64,000 bases of DNA from a virus. The notes under the pieces are model-generated. The model was given only the letters and a program-made list of their open reading frames with translations, had not been told where the DNA came from and made no database searches. The stretch spans positions 1 to 64,000 of the IMG/VR virus record IMGVR_UViG_3300028883_000044; one strand, 5' to 3'. The number at the start of each line of letters is the position of its first letter. The first letter of the stretch is position 1. The translations under genes were made by a program, and so were the position numbers. Shown one piece after another: positions 1 to 8,701 of this stretch.

Positions 1-52
1 GTGGCTAGTAGCTGGTGGCTGGTAGCTGGTGGCTGGTAGCTGGTGGCTGGTA
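1..52. repeat. 7-bp tandem repeat GCTGGT(A/G), alternating to give a 14-bp period, followed by (TA)n and a purine tract
   Basis: gtg-gctagta-gctggtg-gctggta-gctggtg-gctggta-gctggtg-gctggta read directly; truncated by the window edge. Confidence 0.9.
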
Positions 53-128
53 TATATATATAAATGTAGAAAGAAAGAAAGAGAGGGGAAAAATATAAAT
101 ATATATAAAAAGTGATACATGAAATCGT

Positions 129-157
129 TTGTATATACTTGCAATTAATGATATACT
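129..157 (+). promoter_or_regulatory. sigma70-type promoter for ORF 212..826
   Basis: TTGTAT-17bp-TATACT with extended -10 TGn. Confidence 0.55.
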
Positions 158-211
158 TAGGTATCTCATTAATCACTTCGAAGAAGTGAATTTAACAGGA
201 AGGTTAAAATA

Positions 212-826
212 ATGCCAACAAAAGAAACACAACAAGTAGTAAAGGTAGTAAATCTAAATAATATGCAAGATAAGTTTAATGCTAGATTTATTCCCGAAAT
301 TGCAAGAGATTTCAATAAAAGTATAAGTAATACTTATACTGAATTAATTCAAACCCCTTTACTTATAAAGGGTGAATTAAATGGTATCAAATTTTCTCTT
401 GTTGAAAAAACAATTCCAGCTAGGAATAGAAACGGGAAGGGGGATAAAAGTCTGTGTAAACCCTATTTTACGGTAAAGGGTAAAGGGTGTTTTGGAAGTA
501 TAGAAGAATTTACTTTTCTACAAGCCTATTTAATTTCAATGCTTTACTATGCAAGCGGTATCAATGCGACTGCTTGCATGAGAAGTCTAGCGTTAAGGTT
601 TTTTAGGTTGAATATTGAAAGTATCAATATTCAATTTACTACTAAACTTAACTGGAATGATAATACCAGCATTACAAGTATAGAAGGTAATAGCATTAAT
701 AAAATTTATCAAAGAATTGAGATGCTAGCGGGATTAAGCAGTAGTATAAAAGTATGGAATGAGACTACCATTAAGGTAGCCTCAAAGAATACAAATAAAA
801 TAAAAGACTATTCTAATCTTGTATAG
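212..826 (+). CDS. hypothetical protein, basic, 204 aa
   Basis: ORF with upstream AGGAAGG RBS, own promoter and downstream hairpins; no motif recognised. Confidence 0.6.
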   Translation: MPTKETQQVVKVVNLNNMQDKFNARFIPEIARDFNKSISNTYTELIQTPLLIKGELNGIKFSLVEKTIPARNRNGKGDKSLCKPYFTVKGKGCFGSIEEFTFLQAYLISMLYYASGINATACMRSLALRFFRLNIESINIQFTTKLNWNDNTSITSIEGNSINKIYQRIEMLAGLSSSIKVWNETTIKVASKNTNKIKDYSNLV

Positions 827-897
827 AATAGTCTAAAAAAAGAAAAACCTTGCAATAACGGATTTTTAAAATCGCTCAAAATTGCAAGGTTTTTTTT
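805..897 (+). terminator. two tandem hairpins; the second is a probable bidirectional intrinsic terminator
   Basis: AGACTATTCTA/TAGAATAGTCT (805-834); AAAAACCTTGCAAT/ATTGCAAGGTTTTT (843-894) with T-run. Confidence 0.6.
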
Positions 898-908
898 ATA
901 TCATCTAA

Positions 909-1012
909 TAGTGAAAAAATTCACAAACTAGTTAACCATACCTAATTCTAAAATTAGATAGCCCTAAAAATAAAATTAGAGACACCCCCCTTACTTGTGA
1001 AAAAATTCACAA
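909..1012. promoter_or_regulatory. two palindromic operator-like boxes matching the Rex (TTGTGAA-N4-TTCACAA) / CRP (TGTGA-N6-TCACA) consensus
   Basis: TAGTGAAAAAATTCACAA at 909-926 (1 mismatch); TTGTGAAAAAATTCACAA at 995-1012 (perfect). Confidence 0.55.
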
Positions 1013-1104
1013 ACCAGCCGAGCGTGGCGAGGTTAGTATACCCCAAGGACACTTAATAAATTTTAAAAGTAAATGTTAAACTATACGCATTAATCAAGAG
1101 GGTG

Positions 1105-1842
1105 TCACAAAGACTCATAAAGCTCATTCGCCAGGGACTTAGCTTCATCTAGCTTAATAAGAAGAGACTGGTACAATTCACCAGTATTCGTGGGGGTAGT
1201 ATTAGGTACAATTTTACTAAGATTAGACTTAAGCATAATATTCATATCTACACTGGTACCACTATTACCAATACCATTAACTCTCCCAGAGGCTGAGTAT
1301 TGCCATATAGTCCAGTTATTCCACCCTATAGGCATATAAGGACTCAAATCTCCCCAAGCCTTATAGTGAGCTACCCATAAAGGACAATCTCTCACCCAAG
1401 AAGGAATTTGAGTACCAAACCTATTCCAGTACCATTTAGCAGTGTACAAAATCGTGGGTTGGTTCCACTTCGCATAGATCGTATCTACGTATTCATAAAT
1501 ATTATTTAAATAATAATCCCTGCTAGAGGAACTCAGTAAAGAATATATACGTACATCCTCTACATCTATTACGGGATACTGCTCTCTTTTTTCAGTATGA
1601 TCCATAAAGTAAAGAGCCTGATCTTTACCTGAGACTTGTCCTCTCCAGAAATGGTACCCCGATCCTGATAAATTTATTTGTTTAGTACCGTTTAGATTGT
1701 TCTCTCCCTGATCGTCAATGAACCAATTACCCTCAGTAACTTTATAAAAAGCAAACTTTAAATCCAACGGGTCATCTTTGACCTGGTCCCAATCGATATT
1801 ACCTTGATAATGTGATACATCAATACCGTTGATAACTTCCAT
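1105..1842 (-). CDS. endolysin, GH25 muramidase
   Basis: GIDVSHYQG, KVTEG, GYHF, catalytic IDVE, LWVAHY, WQYS, VDMN motifs; P/T linker and C-terminal helix. Confidence 0.92.
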   Translation of the reverse strand: MEVINGIDVSHYQGNIDWDQVKDDPLDLKFAFYKVTEGNWFIDDQGENNLNGTKQINLSGSGYHFWRGQVSGKDQALYFMDHTEKREQYPVIDVEDVRIYSLLSSSSRDYYLNNIYEYVDTIYAKWNQPTILYTAKWYWNRFGTQIPSWVRDCPLWVAHYKAWGDLSPYMPIGWNNWTIWQYSASGRVNGIGNSGTSVDMNIMLKSNLSKIVPNTTPTNTGELYQSLLIKLDEAKSLANELYESL

Positions 1843-1843
1843 A

Positions 1844-2101
1844 TTAACTGTCTCCTTTTAATTCTTTTTCTAATTCAGATATTTTATTTTGTAACATAGA
1901 TATAAACTCCAACAGGTCAGCATTAACATTCCTTAATGTCTCTACCTCATGTTTACTTAACTGTAGAGCCTTATCCATTAACTTTTCAGATATTTCTGTC
2001 TCTGACTTTTTAGCTTCAGCTCGCCATTTTCTTAATTGCAGGAGGGCGACACCTAACGTACCAATCAGAGAAATGATAGCAACGATTATTCCAGCATCCA
2101 T
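1844..2101 (-). CDS. putative holin/antiholin: one N-terminal TM plus coiled coil
   Basis: hydrophobic residues 4-22, basic flank, directly upstream of the endolysin. Confidence 0.6.
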   Translation of the reverse strand: MDAGIIVAIISLIGTLGVALLQLRKWRAEAKKSETEISEKLMDKALQLSKHEVETLRNVNADLLEFISMLQNKISELEKELKGDS

Positions 2102-2111
2102 GTCTGACTCC

Positions 2112-2744
2112 TTAAACCAAAGTTACAGTACCGGTTATTGTTGGATGTCCATTAGTAGTACAAGTTCCTGCAACTCTTAGTTTAATTACTTCCCCTGATT
2201 TTTTAATAGCGTCTAAGGTATAGCAACATTTTGGAATCTCCCCAGAAAATCTCTGTCTTGACTTCTCTTTGAATACTTCCCTATAATCTGGATGTACTAT
2301 ATCTAAAAGATTCTTACCTATTATTTCTCCTATACTACCATACCCTAAAACCTCAGCCAATTTAAAATTAGCATACTCTAATATATAATCTGAATTGAAA
2401 ACATAAAACCCTATCTGAGAATTATCCATAATAGCATAGTGTTTATGTTGTAACTCTTCGATTATATTTGAAACTACATTAGAATCAATTTTACTTTCAT
2501 ACTTTTCTGTTATTAATTTTACTCCATAAATTATAATATCACTCACTAAGATAACAATAAAAAGCAAATAATCTATTTTATATTTATAAAATATATAGGG
2601 GGAAATAACCATACTCAATAATACTATTCCTAATAATAACCTTGGAATAGCTTCCCCTATTACAGCTATATAATTTTTTCGTATAGCTTTTATTATTAAA
2701 AGTATTGCTGAAATGATTGCCAGTATTCCTAAAATGGTATCCAT
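2112..2744 (-). CDS. membrane protein with about 3 TM helices and a C-terminal PAS domain
   Basis: AAGGAG RBS favours ATG at 2744; PAS signature IMDNSQIGFYVFN..LEYAN..LAEVLGY..EIIGKNLLDIVHPDYRE..KKSGEVI. Confidence 0.85.
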   Translation of the reverse strand: MDTILGILAIISAILLIIKAIRKNYIAVIGEAIPRLLLGIVLLSMVISPYIFYKYKIDYLLFIVILVSDIIIYGVKLITEKYESKIDSNVVSNIIEELQHKHYAIMDNSQIGFYVFNSDYILEYANFKLAEVLGYGSIGEIIGKNLLDIVHPDYREVFKEKSRQRFSGEIPKCCYTLDAIKKSGEVIKLRVAGTCTTNGHPTITGTVTLV

Positions 2745-2755
2745 ATATTTTCTCC

Positions 2756-3433
2756 TTACGTTACCATACAATTAGATATTAGTGGATTATTTTTATAAAC
2801 TGTTTGTATTGGTGCTTCCTTTAAAACAGACGCCCATATCAAATAGCTAGTAGCCGCAGTTAGTGTAGCACTGGCTTCATCATCACTGGTTTCATCTGAT
2901 CCCCATACACCTCTATTGCCCGGAGTCGTTGCTAATTCAAATCTCTCATTTTGATTAGTCCCAGGTGTAACACTTATAGTAGCGTCATCGAAGCCTAAGA
3001 AACTTAATACAAACCCATCGCCACCTGCAAGAGACGATACAGAAGGAGTAGTATCCCTAGTAGCATAAGACCTATTAAAAGTTGATGGGGTATTATACGG
3101 GTTTGTCTGATGTACTCCAGAATAAGATACAGCACCAGCCATAATATAACAATTAGTATTTAAACTTACAGCTACTGTATTACTCCCAGAAGCTGGGTTT
3201 ACTAAATAAAATATAGTAAATCTACCATAATCTGTATTCTCTTCATGTAACTTCGTCATAGAAACACTATTATAAGTAACTGTTGCTACATAGTTTAAAC
3301 CGCTACCGTTAGTATAACCGTGCATAACAACAAATAAAATTCTATTGTCTCCTACCCCTACTTCGTGTGAGAAAGAGGGGGAGGAAGCATTATTAATATG
3401 GTATGTTGTCGCATTATCGTAAGCTATAGTCAT
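2756..3433 (-). CDS. putative virion accessory / tail-associated beta-rich protein
   Basis: S/T/N/V-rich beta-strand pattern; lies in the fibre module. Confidence 0.5.
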   Translation of the reverse strand: MTIAYDNATTYHINNASSPSFSHEVGVGDNRILFVVMHGYTNGSGLNYVATVTYNSVSMTKLHEENTDYGRFTIFYLVNPASGSNTVAVSLNTNCYIMAGAVSYSGVHQTNPYNTPSTFNRSYATRDTTPSVSSLAGGDGFVLSFLGFDDATISVTPGTNQNERFELATTPGNRGVWGSDETSDDEASATLTAATSYLIWASVLKEAPIQTVYKNNPLISNCMVT

Positions 3434-3435
3434 AA

Positions 3436-4047
3436 TTAACTTCTACTAAATGATATTAAAGTGTCCAGTAAAATAGCCTGTACAGGTAAATCATCGTCTC
3501 CCGAACCCTGTCTAGATACTTTTAGGGTTACTCTTTCACCTGCGGCTGGAGTACCTGCCAAAGTAACAGCATTTGTTGAAGAAGTTATATGTAAATCTTC
3601 ATTAGCTATCCAATCATCTGTTACTGATTGACTGCTACCTACATTAGTATGTAAATCTTCATCGTTTCCAAAAGACCTTCCAGAAAGCATCCAAACTACA
3701 GAAGTTCCTGAATTACTTTCACCGGATAAAACTGTCCAAAAAAACTTTGCTGTAATTGTACCGCCATCCCAGTCTGTTGGCATAATAAAACTTATTTCCG
3801 CATCACCAGCTTGTCCAGGTTCAAAAGGTAAACCTATTATTTTAGTATCTGTACCGGAGGATTCATCTGTTATTAAATCCTCACAGGGATGGGATAATCC
3901 AGGTTCCATTGACCTTGCTGATATAGATACTGTACCATCAGGTGTACTGCCTTCTGAACCAGTAGGACCTGTGGGACCAGTAGGACCCATTTGACCATAA
4001 CCTACATATTTCCATTCCCCATCATCTCTTATTTTTAATCTTCCCAT
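3436..4047 (-). CDS. tail fibre-associated protein: short GPT collagen plus beta-sandwich
   Basis: [10 protein letters not shown] near the N-terminus; position. Confidence 0.6.
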   Translation of the reverse strand: MGRLKIRDDGEWKYVGYGQMGPTGPTGPTGSEGSTPDGTVSISARSMEPGLSHPCEDLITDESSGTDTKIIGLPFEPGQAGDAEISFIMPTDWDGGTITAKFFWTVLSGESNSGTSVVWMLSGRSFGNDEDLHTNVGSSQSVTDDWIANEDLHITSSTNAVTLAGTPAAGERVTLKVSRQGSGDDDLPVQAILLDTLISFSRS

Positions 4048-4057
4048 AATTACCTCC

Positions 4058-4849
4058 TTATGAAACTTCTTGTATACTACTTAAATCAGAAACATCGATA
4101 TTATTTATAGCTAGTATATTAGATTCTGAAACAGAATTAATATTTTTTAACTGGGAAAAATTAGAAAGCATATTAGAATAACCGACGCCATTTCCATTAT
4201 TATATAACCATTCTAAATTATCTACTGATAATGCTGAATTCCATACAGATACTTCATCTATATAACCATAAAAGGAATAACTACCATCATCCCTCGCACC
4301 TATAGCAAAATTATTGTTAGCTTTACTATAATCAATAATAAGACTGGAAGTCAGACTGTCCTGCTGTACTGCATCTTTATAAAGATAAACATTTTTGCTA
4401 CCTTCATAAGATGCAAATGTTCCAGTCCACATATGCCAATTATTATCAGAAATACTTGCAGATAATCTAACATAATTATCAGCTGAATTTGTTAAAGTCC
4501 ATCTAGCATCCCCAGCATGGAAATCTATACTATAAGATGAATTAGCACCATTATCAAAAATAAAGCCTTTTGCTATACCACCATTAAGTGAACGTGTATA
4601 ATCAATACACTTAGCCCAAAAAACTAGAGTTATATTTGTTACTTCTAACCAACTTTGATCTCCTATATTTATTGTATCACTACTTCCATCAAAATATCTA
4701 CAATAGTTAATCTTACCATTTGAATTTACTACTGCACCTGTTGAAGTATACGAGCCTTCTCTAACAGACTCGTATACATCGTTTCCAGATTCTTCGTCTA
4801 GTGTCCACCAAGCAACTAAATTATTTATAGAAGGTTTAGTAGCTGTCAT
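4058..4849 (-). CDS. LamG / concanavalin A-like lectin domain protein
   Basis: LVAWWTLDE, FDGSSD, WHMWTGT, LYKD, IG..F.GYIDEVSVWNSALS. Confidence 0.85.
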   Translation of the reverse strand: MTATKPSINNLVAWWTLDEESGNDVYESVREGSYTSTGAVVNSNGKINYCRYFDGSSDTINIGDQSWLEVTNITLVFWAKCIDYTRSLNGGIAKGFIFDNGANSSYSIDFHAGDARWTLTNSADNYVRLSASISDNNWHMWTGTFASYEGSKNVYLYKDAVQQDSLTSSLIIDYSKANNNFAIGARDDGSYSFYGYIDEVSVWNSALSVDNLEWLYNNGNGVGYSNMLSNFSQLKNINSVSESNILAINNIDVSDLSSIQEVS

Positions 4850-6945
4850 TATTCCTCCCTTGTTATGTATGTTAGTGATGGTTGGAATATAATAGTATCT
4901 GGACTTATTGCATATCCTATAGGTTGTACAATAACATCCGCACCTTCTGGTACTGAAGAAACAATTTCACCCGATACAATAGAAACATATAATATATCCC
5001 CCTCTGTCCAATTCCAAGAATCATTCCTAGCTTTACCGTAACGCAAAATCGTTTTACTGTTTCCAGTTCCAGATTCAACTGCTAAAGCTGTACATATCAT
5101 TGTATTAATATTATCAGCACATGCTGTAGTATATGCACCTCCAGAGGCTATATAAAGAGGACATCCAAACCCTGTTAAATTTCCACTAATAGAAACTTTT
5201 TCAGAAAAACCTATAAAAGTATTGTTATTATCAGGGTCTCCTGAAGGAAATACTATTGAGTATTGATCTAATTCAATATCAGCAGTAAGTGTTGCACCTG
5301 AAGTATCATCAGTATCCCACCACAACTGCCCTTCAAAAGTTTCCTCTGGTGCGGTAGCGGATATATAAACTTCGGCACCAGTAGCCCCAGTTGGACCAGT
5401 AGGACCTGTGGGACCTGTGGGACCAGTAGGACCTGCTCCAACCCCCGATATTGTTACGATAGTTTTATCACTTCCGGAATCGTCAGTTACAGTGACCCCT
5501 GTCCCTACAAAATCTAAATTAGTCCGTTGATCCAAGGCTACGCCTTCATCCATTATCGTATGACCACCAGAACCACTGCCACCTGATATTGTTACATTAA
5601 CAGAACCGTCTCCGTTATCAGTAACCGTACCATTCGAGAACTTAATGGTATCGACATTAGACACCGAAGGTGTACCATCCTGTTCAGTTACTGTTATCGT
5701 ATTAGAACCGGTAGGACCTGTGAGACCTGTGGGACCTGTTGGACCAGTAGAACCGGCAGGACCGGTAGAACCTGTAGGACCTGTTGAACCTGTAGGACCT
5801 GTTGGACCGGTAGGACCGGTAGGACCTGTATCTCCCCTAGCACCTTCTGTTATAGGGGTATGAACATGGGAAGCATGGTCAGTACCATCATAATAAAAGG
5901 TAAAAACAACATCAGATGTTCTTGTAGTAACTGCGTATATTTTTATAACCAATCTATCTGTAATCTCTAAAGGTATATCAGCAGATTGTGTCATTGACAT
6001 ATCAATTACTTGAACATCTGTATTCTCAATAGAATCAGAAGTATAGTTAAATAATTCTGTTTCATTTCCTTCTGTATCTTTTTTATATAAATAAAATTTT
6101 AATTTAGAATCTCCGGTAGTATTATCTACTTTAGCATACATGTGAGCATGCCATACACCTGCTGGAATAGCTTCAATGCCCGGAGAGCCTTCAGAAGTTA
6201 CCCATTGAAATATAGGTGTTAATTGTGTTTCTCCATCAGTATTTTTACAAATAGCTGTTACTGTTGTTTCAACTCCACTAGGAATTGCCCTACGCCATTT
6301 TTCATAGTTTGCTATAGTGCCATCTGCAGTATCATGCCAATATAAAGCTATACCTACTGCGGCTTCACCTTCAGGACCAGTAGGACCGGTAGGTCCTGTT
6401 GGACCTGTAGGTCCTGTAGGTCCTGTAGGTCCTGGCACTCCACTTATAGTTACAACAGTAGTATCATCACCGGAATCATCTGTAACTGTTACAGCACTTC
6501 CGACAAAATTTAAATTTGACCTTTGAGTAAGTGGACTTCCTTCATCTTCTATAGTATGCCCACCTCCTGCACCTCCTGATATAGATACGCTTACAGAACC
6601 GTCCTCATTATCAGTAACTGTACCATTAGTAAATTTAATATTGCTAACTCCAGATATTGTTGGACTGCCATCCTCTTCTGAAACGGTTATCGTATTAGAA
6701 CCTGTAGGACCTGTAGTACCTGTGGGTCCTGTTGGACCTGCATCACCTGTATCACCTGCAGGACCTGTCGGACCAGTGGGACCGGTAGGACCTGTAGTTC
6801 CTGCGGCACCAGAACCAATTTTAGCTACATTTCCTAAATCGTCCTGTTGATATATACCATCATCTTTAGCGAATATTTGCCATTTACCTGTGGAGGGGGC
6901 AGAAGGATCAACACTTCTCTCATTGAATATAAATACCGAACCCAT
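4849..6945 (-). CDS. collagen-like (GPT)n tail fibre protein with an internal duplication
   Basis: four Gly-Pro-Thr runs; duplicated module of about 90 aa; TAP...GQLWWDT motif. Confidence 0.8.
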   Translation of the reverse strand: MGSVFIFNERSVDPSAPSTGKWQIFAKDDGIYQQDDLGNVAKIGSGAAGTTGPTGPTGPTGPAGDTGDAGPTGPTGTTGPTGSNTITVSEEDGSPTISGVSNIKFTNGTVTDNEDGSVSVSISGGAGGGHTIEDEGSPLTQRSNLNFVGSAVTVTDDSGDDTTVVTISGVPGPTGPTGPTGPTGPTGPTGPEGEAAVGIALYWHDTADGTIANYEKWRRAIPSGVETTVTAICKNTDGETQLTPIFQWVTSEGSPGIEAIPAGVWHAHMYAKVDNTTGDSKLKFYLYKKDTEGNETELFNYTSDSIENTDVQVIDMSMTQSADIPLEITDRLVIKIYAVTTRTSDVVFTFYYDGTDHASHVHTPITEGARGDTGPTGPTGPTGPTGSTGPTGSTGPAGSTGPTGPTGLTGPTGSNTITVTEQDGTPSVSNVDTIKFSNGTVTDNGDGSVNVTISGGSGSGGHTIMDEGVALDQRTNLDFVGTGVTVTDDSGSDKTIVTISGVGAGPTGPTGPTGPTGPTGATGAEVYISATAPEETFEGQLWWDTDDTSGATLTADIELDQYSIVFPSGDPDNNNTFIGFSEKVSISGNLTGFGCPLYIASGGAYTTACADNINTMICTALAVESGTGNSKTILRYGKARNDSWNWTEGDILYVSIVSGEIVSSVPEGADVIVQPIGYAISPDTIIFQPSLTYITREE

Positions 6946-6953
6946 TATACCTC

Positions 6954-8018
6954 CTATAATTTATCAATAAAGAATTTTAAGTTATTTAAAAGTCTTTGAT
7001 TATTTGGGTCTAAACTCAAAGCCTTTTCTGCATATTCCTTACCTTCACTATATCTACCTAATTGCCATAAACATCTTGCTGTAAAATCGTAATAGTAAGT
7101 TCCATACCAGTAATGATTTACATAAGTTCCTTTTGGTTTTTGTATCTCTCCTATAAGTTTTAATAAACTAATTGCTAATGTGTACTTTCTATTTCTGTAA
7201 TAATATTCTGCTATTTCTCCCCACCACTCTCTTCTTAGAGGTTCATAACTAACAGCTTGATATAAATGATTTAAATATTTAGTAGTATCTTTTAACATTG
7301 CATAAGCTCTCGCTATAAAATAGTGGGCATTTCCTATATCTCTATCCCCTGAAGTTTTAAAATATTTTTTAAAGGTAGTGATAGCCTGCTTTGGTTTTTC
7401 TAGGTATATATACTGTCTACCTAAATAAAATAAAATTCTAGGATTATTTGGATTTTCTTTATTATCTAATTTAAGTCTATCCAAAGTATATTTAAATTTC
7501 CAAGCATCCCTTTCTTTAGGTGGTCTATGTTCAAATAAAACATCAGAATAAATATATTTAATATTCTTTTCTTTTTCTATTTTGAAGGGAACTTCATGGG
7601 CACGATACCTGTATAAATGTGTCCCAGCTTTCCATATCCTTAATTGATGGAAAGAATATGTAGCTATATCATTAGTCATATAAGCCAATGTAACATAGAT
7701 ACCACTTATTCCATTTTTATCTGCATTGATTATTTCTTCCTTCGTGTTTTTTATATCAGATATTTGTTCATCACAATCTAAAGAAATTATCCAATCACCT
7801 GTAGCTGTATTTATAGCTCTATTTCTAGATTCTGCTTTGTGCATCTTATCTCCCCCAGTTAATACTTTAGCACCTAATTCTTCCGCTATTTTTACAGTAT
7901 TATCAGTAGAACCTGTATCAACTACTATTACTTCATCAGCTAAACCTTTAACACTACCTATAGCTTTTTCTATATATCCTTCTTCATCCTTTGCAATCAT
8001 ACATGCACTAATTTTCAT
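6954..8018 (-). CDS. GT2 glycosyltransferase with TPR repeats
   Basis: [28 protein letters not shown] (DxD), HE motif; C-terminal TPRs. Confidence 0.92.
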   Translation of the reverse strand: MKISACMIAKDEEGYIEKAIGSVKGLADEVIVVDTGSTDNTVKIAEELGAKVLTGGDKMHKAESRNRAINTATGDWIISLDCDEQISDIKNTKEEIINADKNGISGIYVTLAYMTNDIATYSFHQLRIWKAGTHLYRYRAHEVPFKIEKEKNIKYIYSDVLFEHRPPKERDAWKFKYTLDRLKLDNKENPNNPRILFYLGRQYIYLEKPKQAITTFKKYFKTSGDRDIGNAHYFIARAYAMLKDTTKYLNHLYQAVSYEPLRREWWGEIAEYYYRNRKYTLAISLLKLIGEIQKPKGTYVNHYWYGTYYYDFTARCLWQLGRYSEGKEYAEKALSLDPNNQRLLNNLKFFIDKL

Positions 8019-8027
8019 CTTATCCTC

Positions 8028-8699
8028 CTATCCTTCCAATATAAATACACCATCTATTTCCAACTGACCTTCTAATTCAAACTCAGGTCCGTTTATCATT
8101 GTATACCCACTAGGAATTACTACGGTTGTTCCAGAAGGTATATAATGCCTAATCATATAAAAACCTTTATGGTCTATAATTATTCTAGTAGAATCATTAG
8201 GTTCATCATCTTCTACTTGAATATTTTCCCCTATAAAATCTAATTGCGATCTCTGAGGCATAGCATTTCCACTATCTAAAATAGTATGCCCTCCACCACC
8301 GCCTGTCCCACTAACAGTACATTCTACAGTTACAGCATTTCCACTAGTGGTTACATTAAAGCTACTATCAAAATCTATAATAGTAATACCCGAAGCTATT
8401 ACAATACCTTCACTTTCAATAACAACTCCTCTACCACTTTCTAGAGTTGTAATCCTATATCTAATATTATTTAAATTATCTAGTAAACTTTCCCCACTAG
8501 TTGTAAATGTTATATCACTTTCTGTAAAATCATATGCTACTTTTGTTTGTGGAAGATACCCAATAAATCCGCCCGGAGGTCCACCAGCACCACCACCACT
8601 AGCACTTACTCCGCCAAGGTTTAAAGGTCTTGCTACAATACTAGCCTTTACATTTTCTAAAGCCCCAAACAATTCCCTTTCGAAATTATATATACTCAT
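8028..8699 (-). CDS. tail/baseplate-fibre connector protein sharing a module with the collagen fibre
   Basis: GGHTI.D.G....QRS.LDF.G module; position. Confidence 0.55.
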   Translation of the reverse strand: MSIYNFERELFGALENVKASIVARPLNLGGVSASGGGAGGPPGGFIGYLPQTKVAYDFTESDITFTTSGESLLDNLNNIRYRITTLESGRGVVIESEGIVIASGITIIDFDSSFNVTTSGNAVTVECTVSGTGGGGGHTILDSGNAMPQRSQLDFIGENIQVEDDEPNDSTRIIIDHKGFYMIRHYIPSGTTVVIPSGYTMINGPEFELEGQLEIDGVFILEG

Positions 8700-8701
8700 A
8701 A

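Noticed and set aside
5440-6700. Duplicated fibre module as a DGR template/variable repeat pair
   Set aside because: Differences are not adenine-restricted, both copies are in frame in one gene, and no reverse transcriptase is present in the window.
5645-6850. Plus-strand (PVG)n ORFs at 5645, 6317 and 6641
   Set aside because: Antisense shadows of the GPT collagen repeats; no RBS.
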